From the NCBI GenBank assembly GCA_050015075.1, contig JBEKCB010000006.1, positions 32,001-96,000 on the forward strand: a stretch of DNA of 64,000 nt. Direction: 5' to 3'. Positions 39,042 to 47,996 of this stretch are shown piece after piece. Below the pieces are notes generated by a model. That model had not been told where the DNA came from, did no database searches, and saw only the letters and a list, made by a program, of their open reading frames with translations. Numbering within the stretch: the stretch's first letter is position 1; each line of letters starts with the position of its first letter. Origin of the DNA: Candidatus Brocadiia bacterium. Lineage in GTDB: Bacteria > Planctomycetota > Brocadiia > CAIUPP01. Both the position numbers and the translations under genes were made by a program.

Positions 39042-39482
39042 CTATTGTCCGCTCACCGCATGGCGGCAGTAAGCATAGAGGGCGTCGTAAACGATGAATT
39101 CCTTCGCCAGGATTTCGTGGTCGTCCTTCAACCCCAGGCCGCTGAATCCTTCGGCCACGGCCTTCAACCCTGCCGACTGAGGCTGGTTCCACAGCGTGTT
39201 GTCCGTGTCCGCGCCGTTGACGATCTTCGCCAGCAGGACGAGCGCCGCGTCTTTGTCAAGCTTGTACTTCTTGACCAGGGCGTCGAAGGTGCATTCCTTC
39301 CCGTGATGGCCCAGTTCCGCGCCCTTCACGTCGAACGGCGTTGCGCCTTCCTGGGCCGCAACCTGAGCGACTTTGTCGGACGGCACGAAGATGAACTGCG
39401 CCTGGGGATCAATGAACTTCCGGATGAGCCACGGACAGGCGACGCGATCCACATGGACGTTTTCGCGCGTGATCCATTTCAT
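39042..39482 (-). CDS. Chromate-resistance ChrB-domain protein
   Basis: MKWITRE..VDRVACPWLIRKFIDP, TPFD, CTFD, YDALY. Confidence 0.9.
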   Translation of the reverse strand: MKWITRENVHVDRVACPWLIRKFIDPQAQFIFVPSDKVAQVAAQEGATPFDVKGAELGHHGKECTFDALVKKYKLDKDAALVLLAKIVNGADTDNTLWNQPQSAGLKAVAEGFSGLGLKDDHEILAKEFIVYDALYAYCRHAVSGQ

Positions 39483-39517
39483 GATTGCAGACTCCTTTGC
39501 TTAGCCCGGGGCATCCA

Positions 39518-41026
39518 CTAGCGCACAAGCGGCTGGCAGGCGCCGACATCCCATGGGCCGGATTTGGGCCGAGGAAAGCCGCCCTTGTCAAGATCAAGCG
39601 CGGCGATGCCGGCGCCGGTGAGGTTTTCGCCGGCCCCGATGACCGCGGATTTCGACGTCGGGACGCCGGTCCTGAGGTCAACGCCCGGCTCGGCCGCCGG
39701 ATTGATGGAATGGAGATCGCTGTGGCATGCGGAGCGCCAGGTGTTGAGGTTCGAGGTGAATGTCTTTTCGTTCCAGACAAAGGCGTTATATACGCCGCCT
39801 TGGAAATAACAGTTATTGTCGAAGTCCACGACGCCGGTGATTTTCTTGGCGGCGATAAAGGTGTCGCAGTGGATGGCGAGATTGTTCTTGAAGTGCGCGT
39901 TGACGAGGTTATTGATGCCGTATCCGTTGCCGGTGCCGTTGCTGATGACGGTGTTGTTATACACTTCCGCGGTGCCCATGCCGACGTTCAGCCAGCCGGT
40001 GTACGACACCGAGTTGCCGATGAGCACGTTGTTGAAGATTTTGCTCGTGGCCGCGTTGTCCGACCACGGGCTGGTGCCGCTCTCGATGAAGATGTGGCCG
40101 GTGATGCTTTTGCCGGTATCGCCGTCGAAAAGGTTGTTGTAGATTTGCAGGTCGGTCGCGGCGGCAGGCGGCGTGGCGTAGGCATGGACGCCGTCATGGT
40201 GGTAGGCGTTCTTAAGCGTGTCCCAATTCGCATAATCATGGATGTGGTTGTTGTGGAACTTGATGCCGGAGGCCTTCACGGTTGTGCCCCACCCGCCGAC
40301 GGTGAAGCCGTGGTCCGTGCGGGAAATATCGTTGTTGTAAACGTCAACGTCGGCATCCCCGTTTCCGTAAAAGAATTTAATGGCCCAGTGGACATCGTGG
40401 ATGACGCTGTCGTGGATCTTGATGTGGCTGCCGCTGAAAAGGATCGCGCCGTCGCCATCCAGGTCGCGGGCGTCGTTGACGTCCGTGTGGACGTACAGAT
40501 TGGCGATGTGGAGATTCTTGAACTCGCAGTGGTCGCAAGCCATCGCCTTGATCGCCACGGACGGGACGTGGAATTTCAATTGGGTGCCGTTGTCCGTGTT
40601 CTCGATGATTCCGTTCTTGCCGCCATCAATGATGACATAGCTCCGATTGGAAACATTCAGGCAGCCGTTGTTGGTATCGCTCGCCCCCATGCTGATTCTG
40701 GCGTCAGGTTCAAAGAGGATGGTCAGCGGCGCATCGGAGGCGCCGTTGCCCTGCGCGGTCAGTTGGGTCGAAATGGGGCCGCAGAGGTGAACGGTCGTTC
40801 CCGGGCCGATCTGAGCAACCCCGGTTCCCCAATTCGCCGGCGCGTTGAAAAAGGAGACCGATTTTGCGTTGGCCGCCGACGAGCCGTCGCCCGCGCCTGC
40901 CGGCGACTCCGCGATGTAGATGTCCGCGTCGGCGGGCTTGCGGTCATCCGCCGCCAAGGCCGTGAGCGAGATTACCGAGCACAGGAACCCGGCGGCCGAA
41001 ATCCGGAGGACAGCAGCTATTGTCAT
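39518..41026 (-). CDS. Secreted parallel beta-helix protein
   Basis: Signal peptide; repeated IHD/IYNN/IFNNV/VYNNT strands; C-terminal PRP..GPWDVGA. Confidence 0.8.
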   Translation of the reverse strand: MTIAAVLRISAAGFLCSVISLTALAADDRKPADADIYIAESPAGAGDGSSAANAKSVSFFNAPANWGTGVAQIGPGTTVHLCGPISTQLTAQGNGASDAPLTILFEPDARISMGASDTNNGCLNVSNRSYVIIDGGKNGIIENTDNGTQLKFHVPSVAIKAMACDHCEFKNLHIANLYVHTDVNDARDLDGDGAILFSGSHIKIHDSVIHDVHWAIKFFYGNGDADVDVYNNDISRTDHGFTVGGWGTTVKASGIKFHNNHIHDYANWDTLKNAYHHDGVHAYATPPAAATDLQIYNNLFDGDTGKSITGHIFIESGTSPWSDNAATSKIFNNVLIGNSVSYTGWLNVGMGTAEVYNNTVISNGTGNGYGINNLVNAHFKNNLAIHCDTFIAAKKITGVVDFDNNCYFQGGVYNAFVWNEKTFTSNLNTWRSACHSDLHSINPAAEPGVDLRTGVPTSKSAVIGAGENLTGAGIAALDLDKGGFPRPKSGPWDVGACQPLVR

Positions 41027-41082
41027 TTCTCGTGTTCCATTTCCGTTAGGACTGCGGAGGACGGTCGGCCGCTAACCATCGG

Positions 41083-41110
41083 ATTATACACCCGAGGCGC
41101 CGGCTGTCAA
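41083..41110 (-). promoter_or_regulatory. sigma70 promoter
   Basis: TTGACA-N16-TATAAT on the minus strand. Confidence 0.75.
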
Positions 41111-41171
41111 CAGTTTAAGTAATGCCTGCCGATCTTAAAAGGCGATCTACGGCAGGTGGGCGAGAAATTCC

Positions 41172-41200
41172 TTGACATAGGCGACTAGATATGTCAGAAT
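41172..41200 (+). promoter_or_regulatory. sigma70 promoter with overlapping TGACATA-N10-TATGTCA inverted repeat
   Basis: TTGACA-N17-CAGAAT with extended TG; palindrome at 41173-41196. Confidence 0.65.
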
Positions 41201-41339
41201 ACGGCGCCTAGCGTTGACCGTACTGCAAAGAGCAGTCACAGGGCGATTCCTGGTCGAGGCGTTTGGACAGGAGAGCGGCCGCCGATAAATCGGCCCTCCG
41301 GGAACGCCGGCGCCGGCGCAATGGGGAAAACCAAACTTC

Positions 41340-42914
41340 ATGCCCAGCCAATTCGGGTATTGCAATCAATGCAAAAAACTCTCGCCCGCGCGCTACGAGG
41401 AGCGCGGCAACACCGTACTCCTGGTGAAGAACTGCGCGAACTGCGGACCGACCGAGACGATCGTTTCGACCGATACGGCGATCTGGCACGCCAAGCGGCA
41501 GATTGACCGCCTGAAGAGCGACGGCGGCTGCGCGCTGGACTGCAAGACTTGCGGCCACTCGCACCACCCCTGCGTGATTTTCATGGACCTCACCAACCGC
41601 TGCAACCAGGACTGCCCGATCTGCATCGCCAACATCGCCGGCATGGGGTTCAAGTTCGAGCCGCCGTACGAGTACTTCGAGCAACTGCTCCAGTACCTCG
41701 CCGCGATGACGCCGAAGCCCTCCGTCAAGCTTTTCGGCGGCGAGCCGACGCTGCACAAGGACCTCTTCCAGATCGTGACCCGCGCCCGCGGGATGGGACT
41801 CTCGACAAGCATTGTCACCAACGGCGTGCGGCTGGCGGACGAGGCGTACTGCAAGGATCTCCTGGCCACCGGCGTGAAGATCGTCTTCTCATTCGACGGC
41901 CGAGACCCGAAGGTGTACGAGACGCTCCGCGGCGACGCGGGGGTCTATGACGTGAAGCTCAAGGCGCTGGAGAACATCCGCAAGCACCGGCGGTCCAAGG
42001 TCACGATCATGTGCGTCGTCGCGCGGGGCCTCAACGACCACCTGATCGGGGACCTGCTTCAGTTCTGCCACGAGCGATCGGACTTCATCAACGCGTGCGA
42101 TTTCATCCCGCTCTCGCGGACGTGGGTGCCCGGCACGGTCGCGGCGGACGGGGCCGACATCACCGCGATGGAGGACGTGGAGAAGGACGTCGCCGCAGCG
42201 ATGCCCGGCGGCAAGCTGGAGTTCCTGCCCGCGGGGCTGACGCCGTTCAAGACGATCTCCAAGTACCTGCCGATCCCGCGGCTGACCTTCGCCGGGGCGC
42301 ATCCCAACTGCGAGAGCATCGCCTTCCTCATCTCGAACGGAAAAGAGTATGTCCCGGTGTCGAACTACCTCAAGGGCCGGTCGCTGTACGAGGTGCTCGA
42401 GAAGTGGATCGCGCGGGACGAGGAACTCGGCCGCCGGATGGAGCGAACCGAGAAAGGGATCGCGGGTCGGCTGGGCTTGGCGCGCTTCATCGGGCGGGCG
42501 CGCAGCTTGAAGGAACTCGCCGGCGCGGTCCGCGAGAGCGCCGACACGCGGGCGATCTTCGGCAACCACGCCGCGTGGAAGACGCTCAAAATCGCGGTCG
42601 GCATTTTTCTCGGGCGCAAGCCCAAGGTCATGGTCCGCGCCAACACGCGGCTTCAGAAGGTCCTGCGCATCGCGATCCTGCCCTTCGAGGAGCCGCGCAC
42701 GATGGACAGCAGCCACCTGCAGCGGTGCCCGGCGGGCTTCGCATACCTGGACCCGGCCACCGGCGAGCCGCGCACGATGCCGGTCTGCAGTTGGCCGCTC
42801 TACAAGAACGACATCATGCGGCGGATCATGGAACGCTACCCGGCAGCGCGCGAAGAACAGGCCGCGCCGGGCCGGCCTGTCGCCACGGACAGCACTCTGC
42901 GCGTGCGTGCATAA
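41340..42914 (+). CDS. Radical SAM protein, Tes/GDGT-MAS (MJ0619)-like architecture
   Basis: CNQC...CANC, CALDCKTC, CNQDCPIC, GGEPT, TNG, HPNC, LQRC...PVC. Confidence 0.8.
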   Translation: MPSQFGYCNQCKKLSPARYEERGNTVLLVKNCANCGPTETIVSTDTAIWHAKRQIDRLKSDGGCALDCKTCGHSHHPCVIFMDLTNRCNQDCPICIANIAGMGFKFEPPYEYFEQLLQYLAAMTPKPSVKLFGGEPTLHKDLFQIVTRARGMGLSTSIVTNGVRLADEAYCKDLLATGVKIVFSFDGRDPKVYETLRGDAGVYDVKLKALENIRKHRRSKVTIMCVVARGLNDHLIGDLLQFCHERSDFINACDFIPLSRTWVPGTVAADGADITAMEDVEKDVAAAMPGGKLEFLPAGLTPFKTISKYLPIPRLTFAGAHPNCESIAFLISNGKEYVPVSNYLKGRSLYEVLEKWIARDEELGRRMERTEKGIAGRLGLARFIGRARSLKELAGAVRESADTRAIFGNHAAWKTLKIAVGIFLGRKPKVMVRANTRLQKVLRIAILPFEEPRTMDSSHLQRCPAGFAYLDPATGEPRTMPVCSWPLYKNDIMRRIMERYPAAREEQAAPGRPVATDSTLRVRA

Positions 42915-42964
42915 TGGGGCGCACGACGGAAGGCGAATGCGGGGCCGAAGTCTGAACTTATCCC

Positions 42965-44494
42965 TCAGCGAGCCGTGTCCGCCGGAGCGCCGGTCGCGGC
43001 GGGCATGGATGTCGCCGCCGCAGGCGCCGATGGCGATTCGGGAGCGGCCGTCGTCGCCGGCGCGGATGTCCCTGCGGGCGTGGGTGCGGTTTGCCCTTCG
43101 CGCAACGCGCGGAGCCTGTCCTCCTGCCACACTTCCGTTTTCGGGTGCGCGCCCAGCCACGCGATCCAGAACATCGCCTCGGTCAGCACCGGATTGCCCT
43201 CGGCGTCTTTCGCGCTGAGAATGAGCGTGTCCGGGTTGAACTGCAGCGTGAGCTTGCGGTCGCCGACGGTGTCCTCAAACGGCCCCGGCTTTTCCCGCAG
43301 GAGCGCGGGCAGGTAGGCCTTGGCGGCTTTGCCCTGCGAATCGGTTATGCCGAAGACGCTCGCCTTGGGGAAAAACGGGTTCTTCTCCACGTCCAGGCCG
43401 TACACGGGATGCGGAAGCACGGGGTTCTGCGGATTCAGATAGTCCGCCGGCACGGCCATGGTGCCGTCGTAGTTGAACGGCTGCGCCGGCTTCGTCCCGA
43501 TGAGGACGGTGGTTTCCGGGTTGATGGTCTTCCACGTCTTCCACGTCACAAGCTCCGCCTGAAGCGGCCTGAGCCGGGAACCCGCGCGCTCCCCGGCGAT
43601 GCAGAGCCGCAGCGTCGGCGACCAGAGAGAGAACTTCTCGACCTTCTTTCCATCCGCAGCCGCGCCGGTGTCCTTGCTGTACATCACGATGGCGCCCTGG
43701 TACACGAGGCCGGCCGAGCCGAACGTGAGTTGATCGCGGTACATGGCGCTCGGCGCGCTGGCCGCAGCGCTCCAGACCACGGCGATCGGCTCGCCGCCGA
43801 CGGTATCGTTGATCACGTCATGATAGTTCATGAACTTGACCGGATAGGCGCGCGCTTCCGCGCCGACCTTGACGCCGATGACCGGCTGCCTGTCGGGCAG
43901 CGCGTCCATCGTCACCTCGGCCGCCGGCTTCAGGACCATCTCAAGATGCGGGTCCATTCCCAGCGGCGGGAACATATCCATGAAAAGAGCCTGGCTCTGG
44001 CTCGCCCCATAGACCATTCGCCGCTGCAGCATCTCCGGCTTGACGCCTTCGGCCAATTTCGTGACATCGAACAGGGTTCCCGGAATCACCCTGTCGGGCT
44101 CCTGGGCGTTCCCTCTCCCGCCGGCCGGGACAGCGGGCATCGCCAGGAGGAACGTCCTGTCGCCCGCGCTGAACATTTCGCCCTGGATCTCCATCTCGTG
44201 CACGTGCAGCATCCGGGCGTAGAGTTCCGTCGGCGACAGGTTCGGCATGGAAGGCTGGGGCCCTTCCCTGGATGCGGTTTCTTTCGACGGCACGGGCTCG
44301 GCCGACGGCTTGGAATACCATTTCTTGTTGGCATAGATCGCGATCAGAAAGAGCACCGCCATGCAGATCACGACGACGAGCCTCCAGTCGAGCTTCGGCT
44401 CGGCCGGCGGCGTCGGCGGCTGGGGCGATGCGGGCGGAGCGGAAGGCGCCGGCGACGGCTGCTCCGGGTCCTGCGGCGCGGGAGTTTCAGTCAT
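42965..44494 (-). CDS. DUF3179-domain membrane-anchored protein
   Basis: VIGV...EARAYP...HDVINDTVGG, SLWS...CIAG, TWKTW...PETTVL, FWIAW...HP.T. Confidence 0.8.
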   Translation of the reverse strand: MTETPAPQDPEQPSPAPSAPPASPQPPTPPAEPKLDWRLVVVICMAVLFLIAIYANKKWYSKPSAEPVPSKETASREGPQPSMPNLSPTELYARMLHVHEMEIQGEMFSAGDRTFLLAMPAVPAGGRGNAQEPDRVIPGTLFDVTKLAEGVKPEMLQRRMVYGASQSQALFMDMFPPLGMDPHLEMVLKPAAEVTMDALPDRQPVIGVKVGAEARAYPVKFMNYHDVINDTVGGEPIAVVWSAAASAPSAMYRDQLTFGSAGLVYQGAIVMYSKDTGAAADGKKVEKFSLWSPTLRLCIAGERAGSRLRPLQAELVTWKTWKTINPETTVLIGTKPAQPFNYDGTMAVPADYLNPQNPVLPHPVYGLDVEKNPFFPKASVFGITDSQGKAAKAYLPALLREKPGPFEDTVGDRKLTLQFNPDTLILSAKDAEGNPVLTEAMFWIAWLGAHPKTEVWQEDRLRALREGQTAPTPAGTSAPATTAAPESPSAPAAATSMPAATGAPADTAR

Positions 44495-44508
44495 GGGGCT
44501 CCTTTCAA

Positions 44509-45072
44509 TTACTCGATATTGGCGTGTCTCTTCGCGAGCTTCTGCGGGGTCAGGTGCAGGCGGTCCATGAGGACCAGGACGAGCGTGTCCATCAGCAGCA
44601 GCGTGGCCTGTTCGAACAGCGAACCGGGCGGCTGGCGCGTGGTTTTATGGCGATTGATTTCGCCCTTGGTCGGGGCCGGGACGACAACGACGATGTCGGC
44701 CATCGCGGCGATGCGCGCCTCCGGATGCGCCGTGATCGTCGCCAGGCGCGCGCCCGCCTCCTTGGCGGCCGCCGCGACGTGGTATACGAAGCGCGTCTGA
44801 CCCGTGCCGGAATTGACCAGGCACAGGTCATGGCGGGTGATGGGCGGCGTGGTGGTCTCGCCGACGAAATACGCGTCCATCCCCAGGTGCATCAGTCGCA
44901 CGGCGAACGTCCGGCTGACGTGTCCGGTCCGCCCCTGGCCGTAGATGAAGATCCTGCGCGCGCGCAAAAGCGCCTGCGCGAGTTCGTCCACGCTCCGCAC
45001 GTCCACTTCGTTCAGGACGGATTGCAGCTCGGAGATGATGCCCTGGAGTCTGCTTCTGAAGAGTCGGGTCAA
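44509..45072 (-). CDS. hxlB: SIS-domain sugar isomerase (6-phospho-3-hexuloisomerase-like); start uncertain
   Basis: IFIYGQGRTG, FAVRLMHLG, VGETTTP, SGTGQT, GSLFEQ, RHANIE. Confidence 0.82.
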   Translation of the reverse strand: MTRLFRSRLQGIISELQSVLNEVDVRSVDELAQALLRARRIFIYGQGRTGHVSRTFAVRLMHLGMDAYFVGETTTPPITRHDLCLVNSGTGQTRFVYHVAAAAKEAGARLATITAHPEARIAAMADIVVVVPAPTKGEINRHKTTRQPPGSLFEQATLLLMDTLVLVLMDRLHLTPQKLAKRHANIE

Positions 45073-45287
45073 AAGGGGAAATCTCCCGCGCAAAAGCCTG
45101 GAGAGCCGGCGCTCGTGAGAAATTGATCTTATCACGCAGGCAGAGGCCGCGTCAAGGAAGCGGACTGTCCGGCGCTTTGCGCTCCGCGTTTTCCGATGGG
45201 CGTTCTATACCTGCTTTCTCGCGCGTGGTAGAATGCGGCTGATCTGGCGCCTCATTGCATGCCGTCGCCATTCATGGAGGATCGCCC

Positions 45288-46085
45288 GTGGCCGGAAAAA
45301 TCATTGACATGCACCAGCATTTGATCAATGCCAACACCCCCGACGCGCTGGCGGAGACGTACGGCCGCCTCGGCGTCGAAAAGGCGTTGCTCGTGGGCGT
45401 GCCGCCCACGCAGATTCCGGGCGATAACGAGGCGGTGCTCGCGGCGACCCGAAAGTACCCGAAACTGTTCCTGGGCCTCGTCGGCTTCGACCTGGACACG
45501 ATGTCGCCCGCGGAGCTTCCGCGCTTTCACGACGAGGGGTTCATCGGCGTCAAGTTCATCGGCCCGGCGAAGGCGTACAACGATCCGTCGTATTTCCCGG
45601 TTTACGAGAAGGCGGCGGAGCTGCGGATGATCACGCTCTTTCACCTCGGGATCGTGGCGAACAGCGGGCCCTGGCGCGGTTGCGACAGCAACCTGATGCG
45701 GCCGATCCACCTGGACTACATCGCGCGGAAAATCCCGGAGTTGACGGTCATCGGCGCGCACCTGGGCAACCCGTGGTCCGACGAGGCCGCGATGTCCTGC
45801 CGATGGAACCCGAACCTGTTCTTCGATCTGTCCGGATCGCTGCTGAAGTACCGCTCGCCGCAGTACCTCGCCGAACTGCTCTGGTGGACGCCGACCAGCG
45901 CGTACAAGAGCCCGGACCGCACCGACGCCTGGCAGAAGATTCTTTTCGGGAGCGACGTGCCGACGGACAGTATCGCCGACGTCATCAAGGACTACGAAAA
46001 ACTGATGGACGGGATCAACATGCGCCCCGAATTGCGCGAAGCGGTCTGGTACGGGACGGCCGCGAAGCTGCTCGGGCTGAAGTGA
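45288..46085 (+). CDS. Amidohydrolase family 2 protein
   Basis: IIDMHQH, LFHLG, GAHLG, FFDLS, ILFGSD. Confidence 0.88.
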   Translation: MAGKIIDMHQHLINANTPDALAETYGRLGVEKALLVGVPPTQIPGDNEAVLAATRKYPKLFLGLVGFDLDTMSPAELPRFHDEGFIGVKFIGPAKAYNDPSYFPVYEKAAELRMITLFHLGIVANSGPWRGCDSNLMRPIHLDYIARKIPELTVIGAHLGNPWSDEAAMSCRWNPNLFFDLSGSLLKYRSPQYLAELLWWTPTSAYKSPDRTDAWQKILFGSDVPTDSIADVIKDYEKLMDGINMRPELREAVWYGTAAKLLGLK

Positions 46086-46123
46086 GCGGCGTTTGCGTTG
46101 CCCCCGACGGCCGCGGGCGTCCG

Positions 46124-46891
46124 CTACGGAGCGCCCTTGTCCGCGTCCTTCTTCATGCTTTCTCTGCGGGCGACGAGGTTCGCGGAAACCTCGGCCCCGT
46201 CCAGTAACACGCGGCCCATGGGATCCCGCACCGGTGCGACAGAAATCCCGATCGCATTCAGCTCCGTCTCCAACTTGCCCGATTGCGCCTGCAAGTCATC
46301 CGCCAGCAGGCCCAACTCGTTTTTTTCGGAAGGCTCCAGGGGCGTATTCAACTGCCAGGGGTCGTCGCCGCCGGCCTTCTCTGCGGACTGGGTTGCCTTC
46401 TCCTCCTCGTCAAGCACTTCCCTTCGAAGCGCATATTCAAAGTCGGTCACCGGCTCATAACTGTTGATCTTCATCAGCACTTCGCGCGCTCGGAGGCGCC
46501 GCTCCGTGACGCGCAACTCCCGGTATCGTCTGACCATCTCCTCCAATTTGCCGATCTCGATGAGCTGCGCGTCCAGCCGCGCTTGTTGCCCCGTCGTCAG
46601 CGTGGGACCGTTGCCTTCTTCAGCGGTGCCCAGCGTGCCGCGTCTTCTCAGCGTGATCGCAACGCAGATGGCGCAGAGCAATATGATCCCCACCAGGACG
46701 AGCCAGACCGCTTTGCCGGATCGGGGCCGCTCTTGAGGCTCGGGGAGCGGAGGAGGCGGAGAAATTTCGTGCGGCGGAAGTGGAACTCTTATCGCGCCGC
46801 CGCAGATCGGACATCGCCCATGCCTGCCCGCTTTGCTTCCGGGCACTCTGAGCATCGTCTCGCACCGCGGGCATTTGAGCTCGATCATCAT
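46124..46891 (-). CDS. Zinc-ribbon, single-TM, coiled-coil hypothetical protein
   Basis: CPRC...GRCPICG, Pro-rich linker, TM helix. Confidence 0.7.
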   Translation of the reverse strand: MMIELKCPRCETMLRVPGSKAGRHGRCPICGGAIRVPLPPHEISPPPPLPEPQERPRSGKAVWLVLVGIILLCAICVAITLRRRGTLGTAEEGNGPTLTTGQQARLDAQLIEIGKLEEMVRRYRELRVTERRLRAREVLMKINSYEPVTDFEYALRREVLDEEEKATQSAEKAGGDDPWQLNTPLEPSEKNELGLLADDLQAQSGKLETELNAIGISVAPVRDPMGRVLLDGAEVSANLVARRESMKKDADKGAP

Positions 46892-47204
46892 CGGCGTTCA
46901 TATCTCGCAGGACGCCGACAACTCTATCATGGACCCGGCGGTTGTGCAAGAACATAGCGGACGGATTCGTCGTTTCTCCGCGCCGCGACCCCGCACGCGC
47001 CTGCTTCAGAATCTGTGTCAGCAAACGCCACATCTCGGCGCCCTCTGTAGCAAGTTGAGCCGAGTGACCCCGTTACTGATGCGCTCTATCGGCCGCTCCC
47101 TCGATTGCGCATCCCGATAAAAACGAGCGTTACTCACGCTCTGCCAAGCACTTATCCGCACGGGCCGTTGGACGTCACTGGCGCCTGCGCCTGAATTCAT
47201 CGCG

Positions 47205-47221
47205 TCGGCACAAAGATTGCT
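47205..47221 (+). promoter_or_regulatory. Putative sigma54 promoter
   Basis: TCGGCACAAAGATTGCT (GG-N10-GC), 70 nt upstream of the PilZ-like gene. Confidence 0.65.
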
Positions 47222-47290
47222 CTATTCGACCAAAGTTGCCTGGCGAGGTGGACAATCTATCAGCTAATTTATGCGAGGAGCGTTCCGACG

Positions 47291-47827
47291 ATGAGTTCGA
47301 ATGCGCTGGACATCGTTCGCCTGGAGCCCGTTGAAGTCGTCAACATAGAGCAGCATCTGCCTCCCGCCGAACCATCCCTCAAGAGACGCTTGACGGAGCG
47401 GTTCTCCGTGCCCGGCGCGCTGGTGATCTGCCGTCACCGGACCATCTTCGGAACATGGAAGGCATGCAGGACGCCGTTCCACGTCTATAATCTCGGCATG
47501 GGCGGACTGAACTATTGGAACCTGGGCAAGACTCCCAAGCCGGGCGGGAAGATCAAGCTGACTCTCCTCGTGCCCAACGTGATTCCCATAAACGTAGTCA
47601 GCGTCGTGGTCTGGAGCAAGGCCATGCCGCGTTCCGACGATGGCGGCGGAGCGCAACGGTACAGCCACATCACCGGCGTCAAGTTCGTGGATTACGATGC
47701 CGAAGCGTGGGCGGTGCTGCGCAAGATTCACGAGATTGTCGCCGCCGAGTTGAAGAGCGCCCCGCCGCCGGCGCTTGCCCCGTCACAGAACCAGTCTGAA
47801 AACCCCACGGCATCCGCGCCGCGTTGA
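47291..47827 (+). CDS. PilZ-like domain protein
   Basis: RRLTERF (RxxxR), NLGMGG (NxSxxG-like), VVWSK, GVKF. Confidence 0.75.
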   Translation: MSSNALDIVRLEPVEVVNIEQHLPPAEPSLKRRLTERFSVPGALVICRHRTIFGTWKACRTPFHVYNLGMGGLNYWNLGKTPKPGGKIKLTLLVPNVIPINVVSVVVWSKAMPRSDDGGGAQRYSHITGVKFVDYDAEAWAVLRKIHEIVAAELKSAPPPALAPSQNQSENPTASAPR

Positions 47828-47843
47828 CCCGGCGGCTTGCAGG

Positions 47844-47892
47844 GTGCCCGTCAGGGCATAATGGAGTAGCGCCTGACGGCGCCACTACAAGC
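47844..47892 (-). repeat. GTAG-type REP doublet (REPIN), copy 2
   Basis: Reverse complement of 37668-37715 with few differences. Confidence 0.75.
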
Positions 47893-47996
47893 AAGTCTTT
47901 GACAACCCGCCGCCTGTCCTGATACACTGATAGCTTATTGTTTTCTCGGCAAAGCCATCGAAACTGCATCGCCGCGGACCCGGAGGTTCCCATCCT

